Source of the DNA: Deltaproteobacteria bacterium
Lineage (GTDB): Bacteria; Myxococcota_A; Polyangia; Polyangiales; Houyiibacteriaceae
DNA: 64,000 nucleotides
NCBI GenBank assembly: GCA_034670305.1
Contig: JAXMNT010000005.1
Coordinates: 160,001 to 224,000, forward strand
Reading direction: 5' to 3'
In this document: in pieces, positions 49,618 through 60,100 of the stretch
Position numbering within the stretch: the first letter of the stretch is position 1
Layout: each line of letters starts with the position of its first letter
Translations under genes and position numbers: made by a program
Notes under the pieces: generated by a model
Database searches by the model: none
What the model was told of the DNA's origin: nothing
Seen by the model: the letters and a program-made list of their open reading frames with translations, nothing else

Positions 49618-50243
49618 GTTCGGTACGTCGCTGGGTCCTGGGTGCGAGTCTGATGGGCGCGAGTCTGGTGGGTGGGTTCGGGTGCGAGGAGCCCCCGCCA
49701 CCACCAGAGCCGGAGACGCCCGCCGTCGAGGAGCGGCCCGCGCCGACCCCCCCGCCCGAGCTCGCCGAGTTGCCCACCCAGGCGGTCGGGCGCGGACTGG
49801 TCGCCTTCGTCGACGTCGGCTCCAATGGGTTCGAGTTCGACGCGACGGAAGTCGAAGCTGGGTTCGGGGCCGAAGACGATCGGCGTCTGTTGGTGTTGAG
49901 TGAACCCTCGACGGTGCAGACCCAGCGCAAGGTGCGCGTGGTGAGCGGACCGCTCGCGGTCGGTTCGTACGCCGTCGCGACCGGGGCCCAACCGGGCGAA
50001 GGCGAGGTGGGCATCGCGCTCGACAGTCTCGGTCAGCTTCGCGTGGTCGGCGGCACCCTCGAGGTCACCGCGGTGTCGGACGAGGCGATCGAGGGCACGT
50101 TGGATCTGCAGGTTCGGCATTTGCTCGGTGGGTCCGAGCCCACCCAGCTGCGCGCCCGGTTCCACGCGAACCGAGAGCCGTTCTACGACGGGCAACTCCA
50201 ACAAGAACGCATCATTCGCAACCGCCTGAAGAAGGGCCGGTGA
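49614..50243 (+). CDS. Hypothetical lipoprotein
   Basis: ATGA overlap with the upstream gene. Hydrophobic leader ending GFGC, then a Pro-rich linker. Confidence 0.65.
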   Translation: MSSVRRWVLGASLMGASLVGGFGCEEPPPPPEPETPAVEERPAPTPPPELAELPTQAVGRGLVAFVDVGSNGFEFDATEVEAGFGAEDDRRLLVLSEPSTVQTQRKVRVVSGPLAVGSYAVATGAQPGEGEVGIALDSLGQLRVVGGTLEVTAVSDEAIEGTLDLQVRHLLGGSEPTQLRARFHANREPFYDGQLQQERIIRNRLKKGR

Positions 50244-50270
50244 CGGCGCGATTCGATCGACGACCGCGGT

Positions 50271-51947
50271 TTACTCGAGGCGTTCGATGCGGCGCTGAAG
50301 TCGTTCGAGTTCGCGCCGCGCGGACGCATCTTCTTCGGCAGCGAGCGCGCGCTCCAGGGGCGCCATCGCGTCGTGTCCCCAGTAGCGGCGGATGTTCGGC
50401 CAGACGTGGAAGAGCATGTCGTCGCCGTGTCCGACGATGTGCAAGAGATCGGCGAGCGTCTGTGGATCGCTGGGTGCGCCAGCGTCGAGCCGCAGCGCCT
50501 TCTCGTAGCGCTCGAACGCGGCGGTGTGCCACCCACGGCTCATGAACGCGCGCGCGAACACCATCTGCCCCCGCACGTCCTCGCGGTTGCGCCCGGTGTA
50601 GGAGTAGAGCTCGCGAAAGTCTTCGTCGCCGAACTCGTGCCCGGCCGCAATGCGATCCAGCGTCGTCTGCAAGAGCGCTGGCAACTCCCCCGCCAACGGC
50701 CCCCCCGCCACCGAGGCAACGCCTGCCGTCTCGGTCTCGGTTCCGGCTTCGGGATCGGCTGCGGGATCGGCTTCGGGATCGGCTTCGGTTCCGGCTTCGG
50801 GATCGGCTGCGGGATCGGCTTCGGGATCGGCTTCGGGATCGGCTTCGGGATCGGCTTCGGGATCGGCTTCGGGATCGACTTCGGGATCGGCTTCGGGATC
50901 GGCTTCGGGATCGGCTTCGGCTTCGGTCGAGGTCTCGGTCGAGGTCTCCGCAACGACCTCGCCGCCGTCCTCTCCGCGCACCAGCCACGCCGCGACCCCC
51001 GCGCCGATCAACACCACCACCGCCAGCACGTAAGGCCACCGCGCGCGCGCCGACGGCTCGTCGGCCTCGACTTTGGACGGCGGCGTGACGTTCCACAGCG
51101 GCGTCACTTCGCGGGGCGGCGGAAGCGTCGCCTGGGCCGGCGTCTCGAGCACTTCCAGCGCTAGTGCCTCGCGCATCTCGTCCGCGCTCTTGAACCGTTC
51201 GCCCGGCGCGTGTTTCATCGATTTGCGCACCACGTCCAGCAACCCGGGCACACGCTCGAACGACCCTGGCGGAGGTTCGCCCTTGCCCGGCGCGAAGCCG
51301 GAGATCATGTGGTGCAGGAGCGCACCGACCGAGTAGAGGTCGGCTTCGGCCGAACCGCGCGCGCCGCCCAGGATCTCGGGCGCGAGGTACCGGATCGCGC
51401 TCGGGCCACTGCCGCGTCCGGTGGGACCGGTTCGGTCGGAGGGCGCGGCCCGCCGAAGGATCGCCGCGATGCCCACCCCCACGATCGAGACCGCCTGATC
51501 GGAGAGCAAGATGTTGCTCGGCGTCAGGTCGCCGTGAAACGCGCCGCTTCCATGGATGACCTGCAGTGCTTCGAGCACCCGGCGCGCGATGTGGAGCGCA
51601 CGCCGCGGGTCGATCGCGCCTTCGTCGGCCAGCGTGTCACCAAGCGGCGCGCCTGGGACGCGGTCGTACGCGACGAAAGGTACGCCGTGCTGAACGCCCG
51701 CCTCGAGGATCCGCACGAGGGTGGGTGCCTCGATGCTCTTGATCTCCTCCATCGCCCGGTAGAAGAGGCGGCTGTTCTCCGGCTGCGACTCACAGTCGAG
51801 GGGCAACACCGCCAGCGCCAGGTCGCCATGAAGGGTCGAACCGCCGTAGTAGAGGGCAAGACCTCCCCAATTGAGCTTCTCCCGGACGGTGAATCGTCCG
51901 GCAAACAGCTCGGCGAGGGTCGCCAGTTGCTCGTCCCGGGGGGCCAA
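50271..51947 (-). CDS. Membrane Ser/Thr kinase-like protein (probable pseudokinase) with a PEAD-repeat linker and helical C-terminal domain
   Basis: [13 protein letters not shown] and ADLYSVG are present. The beta-3 Lys and DFG are absent. One TM, then a (DPEA)n linker. Confidence 0.8.
   Translation of the reverse strand: MAPRDEQLATLAELFAGRFTVREKLNWGGLALYYGGSTLHGDLALAVLPLDCESQPENSRLFYRAMEEIKSIEAPTLVRILEAGVQHGVPFVAYDRVPGAPLGDTLADEGAIDPRRALHIARRVLEALQVIHGSGAFHGDLTPSNILLSDQAVSIVGVGIAAILRRAAPSDRTGPTGRGSGPSAIRYLAPEILGGARGSAEADLYSVGALLHHMISGFAPGKGEPPPGSFERVPGLLDVVRKSMKHAPGERFKSADEMREALALEVLETPAQATLPPPREVTPLWNVTPPSKVEADEPSARARWPYVLAVVVLIGAGVAAWLVRGEDGGEVVAETSTETSTEAEADPEADPEADPEVDPEADPEADPEADPEADPEADPAADPEAGTEADPEADPAADPEAGTETETAGVASVAGGPLAGELPALLQTTLDRIAAGHEFGDEDFRELYSYTGRNREDVRGQMVFARAFMSRGWHTAAFERYEKALRLDAGAPSDPQTLADLLHIVGHGDDMLFHVWPNIRRYWGHDAMAPLERALAAEEDASARRELERLQRRIERLE
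50730..50930 (+). repeat. (GGCTTC GGGATC)n tract within a coding sequence
   Basis: Same 12-mer as the intergenic tract at 23717-23883. Encodes EADP repeats on the minus strand. Confidence 0.9.
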
Positions 51948-52154
51948 GACCGCAGAGCATACTGAACTGCCGCTGCGGGCACCACGCCTTCGACCGGTCC
52001 TTTTCTACATGCTTTCGACCCACAAAGCCCTGTGATGGGGCAACCCGCGGCTGTCGGCCCTCCCGCGTCGGGGGTTTCCCCACAGTTTGGGTGATACGAT
52101 GGCGGAATACTTTGATCTCAGCGGCTGGTGGGGCCCAGTCGCACGGGAGTTCCG

Positions 52155-52529
52155 ATGGCAATGAAATCTGTGTTGGTGGTCGAGGATGATCCGCTCAACG
52201 CGCATCTGTTGAGCTTGTATCTGCGCGCGCACGGGTACCGACCCTACGTGGCGCGGGATGGGGTCGCGGGTGTGGAGTCGTTCGAGAAGAACCAGCAGGA
52301 TCTGGTCCTCATCGACGTCCAGCTGCCCCGGAAAAATGGGTTCGAGGTGTGTTTCGATGTCAAACGCACCACGGCGGGTCGGAACACCCCAGTGCTCTTG
52401 ATGAGCGCCGTCTACACCGACACCGAGCACGCGGCGCGCTACTCCGAAGATCTGCACGCGGAGGGCTACTTGATGAAACCATTCGACATGAACGAGTTGC
52501 TCGACCGGGTCCGAAACCTGATCGGCTGA
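52155..52529 (+). CDS. Single-domain response regulator (receiver)
   Basis: Motifs VLVVEDD, DLVLIDVQLP..NG, MSA, KPF. Confidence 0.92.
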   Translation: MAMKSVLVVEDDPLNAHLLSLYLRAHGYRPYVARDGVAGVESFEKNQQDLVLIDVQLPRKNGFEVCFDVKRTTAGRNTPVLLMSAVYTDTEHAARYSEDLHAEGYLMKPFDMNELLDRVRNLIG

Positions 52530-52541
52530 TCGGCTGAGCCC

Positions 52542-53879
52542 ATGCGCTCCCTGATCCCGAGCTACGCGCTCGAGATGGGTCTGCCCGCGCGCAGGCCCAA
52601 CCTCCGCTGGGGGGTTCGGAGCGGCTACGCACTCACTGGGGCGTTCCTGGCCCTCGCGCTGCTCGGGGGCGAGACCGGCATCGTGCCCCACCGCCCGGGC
52701 ATCTACGCGCTGCTCGCCGCCAAACTCGCGACCAACACCCTGGCCTGGGCGACCCTCGCGAACGAGCGCCAGGTGCTGTTCTGGTCGACGCTCAACATGC
52801 TGATGGACGTGGTCGTGTTGACGGGCGGCGTGCACTTCACCGGCGGCGCACTGAGTCCGCTGTTTGCGACCTACGTCATTCTGATCGCGGTCGTCGCGCT
52901 GCTCACCAACCGCGGCGTGACCATCACCGTGACGGTCTGCGCCTTCGTCTGCCACAGCGCGGCGCTGACGCTCGGATGGGCAGGCGTCATCGAGACCTTT
53001 CCACCGCCCGCGTCGGTGCCTTACGAGCTCACCGGCGCGCAGCTGATCCTGGCGATCGGATTCGCCGCGTTCACGCTCGGCGTTACGACCGCGTTCACGA
53101 CCGGCCTCGTCGTTCAGCGCGATCAACGACAGCGCGCGCTCGAGGCCCGCACCCGCGAGCTGCTCGAAGCGGGCACCCAGAAGAGCCTTTTCATGGCGAA
53201 CATCACGCACGAGCTCCGCACGCCCATCCACGGCATCTGCGGGGTCGCCGACGTGCTCGACGCGGAGCTCTACGGGCCCGTCAGCGACGACCAGAAAGAA
53301 GCGCACCGCGCGATCCGCGAGAGCGCCAAAGGCATGCTTCGCCTCATCGACGACTTGCTCACGCTGGCGCGTTCCGAAGCCGGCTCGCTCCCGCTCCGCC
53401 CCGAGCGGGTGATCGTCGATGAGGTGGTCGAAGGCGTCGCGTCGGCGGTCCGCTGGATGATCGGCACCAAGTCGCTCGAGCTCGTCATCGACCTCGAACC
53501 GGACCTGCCGAGGATGACGGTCGACCGCGGTCGGCTCGTGCAGGTGCTCGTGAACCTGATGACCAACGCGGTGAAGTTCACCCCCGACGAAGGCCGCGTC
53601 GGCCTGGTCGTGCGCCGCGAGGGCGAGGGCATGCGTTTCGAGATCTCCGATTCCGGCATCGGCATCCCGATCGCGGAACAGGCGCGGGTCTTCGAAGCCT
53701 TTCGGCAAGTCGACGGTTCGGACGAACGCGCCTACGGCGGCGTCGGCCTCGGCTTGGCGATCGTGCACCGCGTCGTCGCCGCGCTTGGAGGAAGGATCAC
53801 CTTCGAGAGCGCGATGGGCGAAGGCACCACCTTCCGCGTGTGGCTCCCGATGGAACCGTCAGAAACCGCCTCGGAGTAG
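52542..53879 (+). CDS. Membrane sensor histidine kinase
   Basis: N-terminal TMs. H-box THELRTP, N-box NAVKFT, DSGIGI, F.Q, GVGLGL. Confidence 0.93.
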   Translation: MRSLIPSYALEMGLPARRPNLRWGVRSGYALTGAFLALALLGGETGIVPHRPGIYALLAAKLATNTLAWATLANERQVLFWSTLNMLMDVVVLTGGVHFTGGALSPLFATYVILIAVVALLTNRGVTITVTVCAFVCHSAALTLGWAGVIETFPPPASVPYELTGAQLILAIGFAAFTLGVTTAFTTGLVVQRDQRQRALEARTRELLEAGTQKSLFMANITHELRTPIHGICGVADVLDAELYGPVSDDQKEAHRAIRESAKGMLRLIDDLLTLARSEAGSLPLRPERVIVDEVVEGVASAVRWMIGTKSLELVIDLEPDLPRMTVDRGRLVQVLVNLMTNAVKFTPDEGRVGLVVRREGEGMRFEISDSGIGIPIAEQARVFEAFRQVDGSDERAYGGVGLGLAIVHRVVAALGGRITFESAMGEGTTFRVWLPMEPSETASE

Positions 53880-53997
53880 CTCGCGGCGCGGAGCCCGGCG
53901 CAATTCGGAGCGCCACCCGTCCTGAAGACGTGCGACGCACGGCGTGCGCGGCCGCCGCCGCCTCGACGGAAGGGGCGTCGGATCATATGAACGGTTC

Positions 53998-54822
53998 ATG
54001 GGAACGTTCAGTGGGAAAGTCTGCGCCGTCACCGGCGCCTCCTCCGGCATCGGTCGCGCGCTCGCCAACGAGTTCGCCAAACGGGGCGCCGATGTGTCGA
54101 TCTGCGACGTCGACGAAGCGGGGTTGGCGGAGACGAAACGCCAGGTCGAAGCGCGCGGCAAGAAGTGCACGAGCGCGGTCTTCGACGTCAGCAAACGCGA
54201 CGCGGTCGAGGGCTGGGCGAAGGACACGCTCGACGCGCACGGTCAGTGCGACGCGATCGTCAACAACGCGGGCGTCACGGTGTCCGACACGATCGCCGAC
54301 ATCTCCTACGACGACTTCGAGTGGATCGTCGGCATCAACTTCTGGGGCGTGGTGTACGGCACCAAAGCGTTCCTCCCGCACTTCATCGAACGCGACACCG
54401 GGTTCGTCGTGAACATCTCGAGCGTGTTCGGCATGATCGGCTTCCCGACCCAGGGCTCCTACAACGCGACCAAGTTCGCGGTGCGCGGCATGACCGAAGC
54501 GCTCCGCTGGGAACTCGAGAGCAGCAACGTCACCGTGTGTTCGGTGCACCCGGGCGGCATCAAGACGAACATCGTGCGCAACGCCCGACTGCGCCAAGGG
54601 CCGGACAAGGGCGTCGACGCGGCGCAGATGATCGCGAGCTTCGACAAGATGGCCCGCACCACGCCGGAGAAGGCCGCCAACGTGATCATCGACGGCATGG
54701 AGAAACGCGAACCCCGCATTCTCATCGGCGCCGACGCACACATGATCGACACCATCCAGCGCCTCGCGCCTCGCAAGTACGGCACCTGGATGAAGAAGCT
54801 CAGCGACCGCCTCGAGCGCTAG
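53998..54822 (+). CDS. Short-chain dehydrogenase/reductase
   Basis: Motifs TGASSGIG, NNAG, NISS, YNATK, HPGGIKT. Confidence 0.93.
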   Translation: MGTFSGKVCAVTGASSGIGRALANEFAKRGADVSICDVDEAGLAETKRQVEARGKKCTSAVFDVSKRDAVEGWAKDTLDAHGQCDAIVNNAGVTVSDTIADISYDDFEWIVGINFWGVVYGTKAFLPHFIERDTGFVVNISSVFGMIGFPTQGSYNATKFAVRGMTEALRWELESSNVTVCSVHPGGIKTNIVRNARLRQGPDKGVDAAQMIASFDKMARTTPEKAANVIIDGMEKREPRILIGADAHMIDTIQRLAPRKYGTWMKKLSDRLER

Positions 54823-54883
54823 CTCGGTCACTGGTCTTCGTCGGAGACTCGGGCGCAGCCGCGGGTCGGAGAACTCGGCGAAG

Positions 54884-55639
54884 TCAGTCGGCGAACTTGG
54901 CGAGGGCCAGGCGGGCTCGGCGGAGTTCTTCGCGGAGGGTGAGCCGTTTGGGTTCGTCGATGTCGGCGTTGCGGCGGAGGAACGCTTGCAAGTGCACCGT
55001 GGCGGCGGGGCCGTCTTCGAGGTGCACGGCGATCATGCCGAGGACGTACTGGCCGTAGCCTTGGCCGCATGGCGCGGCCGCCAACGCTTGTCGGGTGGCG
55101 GTCAGTTTGCGCACCGGCTGTCCGGCTTCGAGGCGGAGCAACGCGGCGTGGGCTTTGAGGAGCGGGCGGTCTTTGTGCGAGTACCGCAGGCCACGGGTGA
55201 TCGTCGACAGGGCGCCCTCCAGGTCGCCGGCGAATTGGAGCAGGGTCGCCAAACTCCAGAGCTGGAAGCTCTTGCGGTTCGGTGGCGCGTGGCGGGCACT
55301 CATGCGCTGCGCTTCGATCGCTTCGGGCATGCGGCCGAGCGCGGCGAGCGCGCGGGATCGATCGTGATGCGCGATGTCTCGGTACGGGCCGACCGCGGCC
55401 ATCGCTTCGGCGGTGGCGACCGCCATGCCCAGCTGGTGCAGTTCGACGTGCGCCAGGTACGCCTGGCGCAGGAGCAAGAGCTCGGTGTCGGGGGCCAGCT
55501 CATCCGGCGGGGCATCCAATCCATCGCGGGCGTGGTCGAGCCGTTGCTCCGGATCGGTCGCGCCCAACGCGAGTCGCAGGTGCTCTTCGGGGGTCTGTCG
55601 GGCGAGTTGGCTGGCGGAGGTCACGAGAAACCTATCCAC
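54884..55639 (-). CDS. TPR-like hypothetical protein (start uncertain)
   Basis: Helical repeats such as RALAALGRMPEAIEA and LQFAGDLEGAL. Typical codon usage from about 55630 down. Confidence 0.65.
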   Translation of the reverse strand: MDRFLVTSASQLARQTPEEHLRLALGATDPEQRLDHARDGLDAPPDELAPDTELLLLRQAYLAHVELHQLGMAVATAEAMAAVGPYRDIAHHDRSRALAALGRMPEAIEAQRMSARHAPPNRKSFQLWSLATLLQFAGDLEGALSTITRGLRYSHKDRPLLKAHAALLRLEAGQPVRKLTATRQALAAAPCGQGYGQYVLGMIAVHLEDGPAATVHLQAFLRRNADIDEPKRLTLREELRRARLALAKFAD

Positions 55640-55918
55640 AAAGTTAGCACCTAGCTGGAATCTGTCGATCCCTGAACAAACCCGGGCGGTTAGAGCCCTT
55701 TGTCCACAATCCGACCCCAACGTTTTGACAGTGGTGGCCACCCTGTCCCAGATCGTGGACATGGCAAGGCGGCCCGTCGTCGCGACCCCGAAGCGGGCTT
55801 CTCGGCGCGGGCCGAGTCGATCTTGACAAGCCCGCTGGGAAGGCCGCCGCACAGAAGCACCGGCTGCTGAAGCACCCCGCCGCCGCAGTCGCACCGGCTG
55901 AAGCACCCGCCGCGCAAC

Positions 55919-55974
55919 CAAGGGCAAGGGCAGGGGCAAGGGCAGGGGCAAGGGAGCCGGCCTTGGCCGGCTAG
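55919..55974 (-). repeat. Stop-overlapping hairpin followed by (CCCTTG/CCCCTG)n
   Basis: Minus strand reads CTAGCCGGCCAAGGCCGGCT-CCCTTGCCCCTGCCCTTGCCCCTGCCCTTGCCCTTG. Confidence 0.85.
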
Positions 55975-57152
55975 GCGGGGTCGAACAAGAAGGACTCGAT
56001 CTCGTCTCGACGCGCGTGGGCGTCGGCTCGGCCGAGTGCGATGAGCTCGCGGGCGAAGGTGCCGTCGAAGAGGAGGTAGCTCGCGAGATCCGCGTCGCTG
56101 CCTTCGCCCACGTCCAGCATCCGAAGAAGCTGTCGGCCGAGCACCGCTCGGAATCGCGAGCGATACCGTTTGAGGTGAGCAGACGCGATACGTCCGAGGT
56201 CGACCGAGGGCCGAATCGCGAGCGCCTTCACGAGGCGTCGCTCCGGCTGGTTGTTTCGGCTGCGGACCGCGTTGACCCGCTCGAGGTAGTCCGGACCGAA
56301 CGCGTCGATCCCATCTTGGATCATGGAGTTGATCTGGTGCAGCTCCGCCAGGTCCGCGTTGAGGTGGTCGAGCAAGAAGGCGTTGACCACCTTGCCGAGC
56401 AGGAACGACGCGCCCGGGTACGCATCTCGGTCGGCGTGCCCCTCCTCGGGTTCGACCGCTGGCGGATCGCTCACGCCGATCACGAACAATCGATCGGAGC
56501 CGAGGTGGATCGCCGGCGCCATGGGCGTGTTGAGCCGGAGCCCACCGTCGCAGTGCAGCTGCTGTCCGATCCGCACCGGAGGGAAGACGAGCGGGATCGC
56601 GGCGCTCGCGAGCACATGGGCCGGTCCGATGCGCGCTGCCCGGACGGCGACGTTGCGGCCGAGCAGTCCGTGCATGCGCTGCAGCAGATCGGTGGGCGCC
56701 GGCCGCGCGTCGACGAACACCACCGGTCGGCCCGTGGAGACCGAGGTCGTGGCGATGACGAGCGCCTTCAGGCTCGTCGAGGGTTCGCGGAGGTTGCGGG
56801 CGAGCTGCCGCCACAACACTCCGTCGCCGACAAGCCGCACGAGCGGCGTCGCGTCGAAGATCCCGGTGGCGCGTCTCCCCCCGAGCAGCACACGGCGCAG
56901 TCCGGCGGCCTGGGCGAAGCCAAAGCTGATCACGTCGGTCAGCTGCAGTGCGGACCAGAGCGCCTCGAGCCGGACCAGACCTTTGGGGAGGTCGTCGACA
57001 GCCGAAGCCAGGTACGCGCCGTTGACCGCGCCGACGCTGGTCCCGGAGACGACCGAGATCGGAACCGGGCGGCCTTTGGCCAGGTCGGAGAACACGTAGC
57101 TGAGCACGCCGACTTCGTACGCACCCCGCGACCCACCCCCCGAGAGCACCAC
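55971..57152 (-). CDS. Patatin-like phospholipase
   Basis: Motifs LSGGGSRG, GTSVG, ASAAIP..FP, DGG. Confidence 0.92.
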   Translation of the reverse strand: MVLSGGGSRGAYEVGVLSYVFSDLAKGRPVPISVVSGTSVGAVNGAYLASAVDDLPKGLVRLEALWSALQLTDVISFGFAQAAGLRRVLLGGRRATGIFDATPLVRLVGDGVLWRQLARNLREPSTSLKALVIATTSVSTGRPVVFVDARPAPTDLLQRMHGLLGRNVAVRAARIGPAHVLASAAIPLVFPPVRIGQQLHCDGGLRLNTPMAPAIHLGSDRLFVIGVSDPPAVEPEEGHADRDAYPGASFLLGKVVNAFLLDHLNADLAELHQINSMIQDGIDAFGPDYLERVNAVRSRNNQPERRLVKALAIRPSVDLGRIASAHLKRYRSRFRAVLGRQLLRMLDVGEGSDADLASYLLFDGTFARELIALGRADAHARRDEIESFLFDPA

Positions 57153-57169
57153 TCCGATGTCGGGCGGAT

Positions 57170-60100
57170 TCAGGCTTCGCTCCGGATGGCCTGTGCTTCG
57201 CGGCTCTCGAGGTACTTGCGCCGCATCGAAGACGAGCGGATGAGCGCCGCTTTGCTGTCGAGCACGTGGCGCGCTTTGGCGAGCAACGCGCGAGACTCAT
57301 CGAGGGCGCCAGCCGCAGCGAAGGCCCGGGCGAGCGTCAGGTACACCTTCTCGATGCGCTCGACGTGCACACCATCGAAGCGTCCTTCGGCATTGCGCGC
57401 GACCTCGAGCGCGTCCGCGGAGCCGAGCGCGGCGAGCGCGGCCGCGAGTTCGCAGAGCGCGGTGACCTCGTAGCTGACGAGCCCGTCTGCGCGCGCGGCT
57501 TCGAGGGCGCGGCGGGCGGCGCTCTCGGCGCGTCCATGGTGTCCTTGCGCGCGCTCCAGTCGGGTCCGCACGAGGCGCTCGCGCGCGATCTCGTAGTTGC
57601 TCGCGAGCCGCTCGGCGATGCGTTTGGCTTGGTCGAGCGCCATGGTGATCGCCTGCTCGTCCGCACCGGAGTCGAGCATCATCTCCGCGACCGCCGCGAG
57701 TGCGTCGCAGCGACCGGCGCGGTCGTCGACGGCTTCGAACACATCGAGCGCGCGCTTCACGAACGCGAGGCCGCGCTTGGTGTCTCCGAGCGCGTCGTAG
57801 AGCTGCCCGACGTTGGAGAGTTTGCGTCCGAGCCGCAGCCGGTCGCCGGTCTCGCGATCGATGTGGATCGACGCACGCGTGACGATGATGGCGTCCTCGT
57901 ACGCGCCGGAGGCGGCGAGCGCGACGCCGAGCGAGTTGAGCGCAAACGCTTCGCCGGGGCGGATGCCGAGCCGGCGAAAGATCACGATCGCTTCCGCGTA
58001 CGCTTCGAAGGCGGCGTCGCTGTGACCCATCCGGCGATGCAGGATCCCCTTCTGCACCAGGATGGAGGCGCGCGGCGAGAGCAGCTCCGGATCGGTGCCG
58101 GCACGTTCGAGGGCTTGGTCGCACGCTTCGAGCGCGCGCTGAGGTTCGCCTCGGTTGCGGGCCATCTCGGCTTCGAGGCGCAGCGCGTCGAGCTCGAGTT
58201 TCACGTCGCCGGCGAGGCGCGCGGCCTCGAGCGCCTGCGGCAAGAGATCGTCGACTTCGCCGATGCGGGCGTTGTCGAGATCGAAGCGGGCGAACCGAAG
58301 CAGCGCGATCGCACGACGGCGCGCACCCCCACCCCGCGCGGCGAGGCTGCGCATCGCTTCCAGTTCGCGGAGTTGTTCGTGCGGGCGGCCGAGGTGGCGC
58401 AGGATCTGTTCGCGGCCTTCGTGCACTCGAAACCGGCGGTCCTGATCTTCGGGCGGCAGGAGGATCAGTGCTTTGCCGAAGAAGCGGAGCGCTTCTCGGT
58501 TGGAGTACACCGCGAGCGCGGCCAGCGCGGCGTCCAGGTACGACTCGGCGGCCAAGTCGCGTTCGCCCGCTTGTTCGAGGTGCCGCGCGATGCGGCCCGG
58601 GCTCGACGACGGAGACTGCGAGAGGTGCTGCGCGATGCGCCGGTGCATGTTCACGCGGTCTTCGAGATCGGTCGCTTCGTAGGCGACCTGCCGCACCACC
58701 GCGTTCGGGAAACTGTAGGCACCGCTCGAAGACACTTCGAGCAGGTTGCGATCGACCAGCCCCGAGAGGCCGGGCCCAAGATCCGCGCCCGCCAACCGGC
58801 GCAGATCCTCGCTGGTCATGCCGCTGCCGGCCGCGGCGAGCCAACGCAGGGCGACCCGCTCGGCCTCGGAGAGTTCGTCGAGCCGCGCCGCGATCACGCC
58901 TTCGAGCGTGGTCGGCAGCTGGATCGGCACGCCGGCTTTGCGGTGCACCCGTCCGTCGTCGATGCGGACCACGTCGCGTTCGAAGAGCGCGTCGACGAGC
59001 TCGATCAGGAAGAAGGGGTTGCCGCCCGCCCGGGCGGAGATCGAGTTGAGCACCTCTTCGGCGACCTCGACCGTGGTGCGTCCTCCAAGCGTGGCGAAGC
59101 GGGCGGAGACCAGCGCCTCGCGGTCTTCGGGCCCGAGCTCGTCGAGTTCGATCCGCGGGATGCCGCGGAACACCGGCTCGAGGTGTTCGACCGGCCGGGT
59201 GCTCATCAGCACCAGACACGGCACCTCGTACGCGCGCTGCCGCATGCTGCTGAGGAGCTCGAGCGACGGTGCGTCGGCCCACTGCAGTCCATCGATCCAG
59301 ACCGTGACCGGCGAGGTCTTGGCCAGGGTTCGCACGAGCAACTCCATCGCGCGGCGGATGGCCACGCTGCGGTCGCCCTCGTCGTCTTGGCCGCCGGCCG
59401 GCGTGACATCGAAGAGGCGGTGCAGGACCTGCACGATGCCCGCCGCGTGGTCACCGACCGCGCCGCGCAGCTTGCTTTCGAGCTTCTCGACGATCTCCGG
59501 ACCCGGGTCCTGCTCGGTCGCGTCGACGCCCATGCGCAGCAGCTGCTTGACCGCGTAGTAGGGCACGTCCGCCGAGCCGTAGGCGCACTCGCAACGCAGC
59601 ACCCGGGCGGCCGGATCAAACGCTTCGATCGCGGCTCGGATCAGCGCCGTCTTGCCGACGCCGAGATCCCCGACGACCGCCGCGAACTGGGTTCGGCTCG
59701 AGTCGACGACGTCGCCCCAGAGCCCGCGCAACGTGTCGACCTCGTCTCGGCGGCCGACCAGATCGGGCGCCGCTTCGCCAAAGTCCGCTTCCCGTTCTTC
59801 TTGGGTGCGCGCGCTGCGCAGGAGCCACGCCTTGAGTTCTTGCGCGGTGGAGGTCGCCTGGGTGGAGACATCGATGGTCCGCACTTCTTCGTCGAACGCG
59901 AAGTCGCGCCGCACCAGCCGGTAGACGTCGCCCGCGACCAGGATCTCTTCGGCGGACGCGACGATGGAGAGCCGTTCGGCGACGTCGAGCACGTTGCCGA
60001 CCGGTGCGTACCGAAGCAGCCGTCCGTCGTGGTCGCGCACCGTCGAGACCATGCCGCGGCTCATCCCGATCGACGCCCGCACTGGGGCCAGGCTGTCGGC

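Noticed and set aside
55625-55765. Replication origin
   Set aside because: Only two good DnaA-like boxes, no extended AT-rich unwinding element, and no dnaA, dnaN or gyrB nearby.
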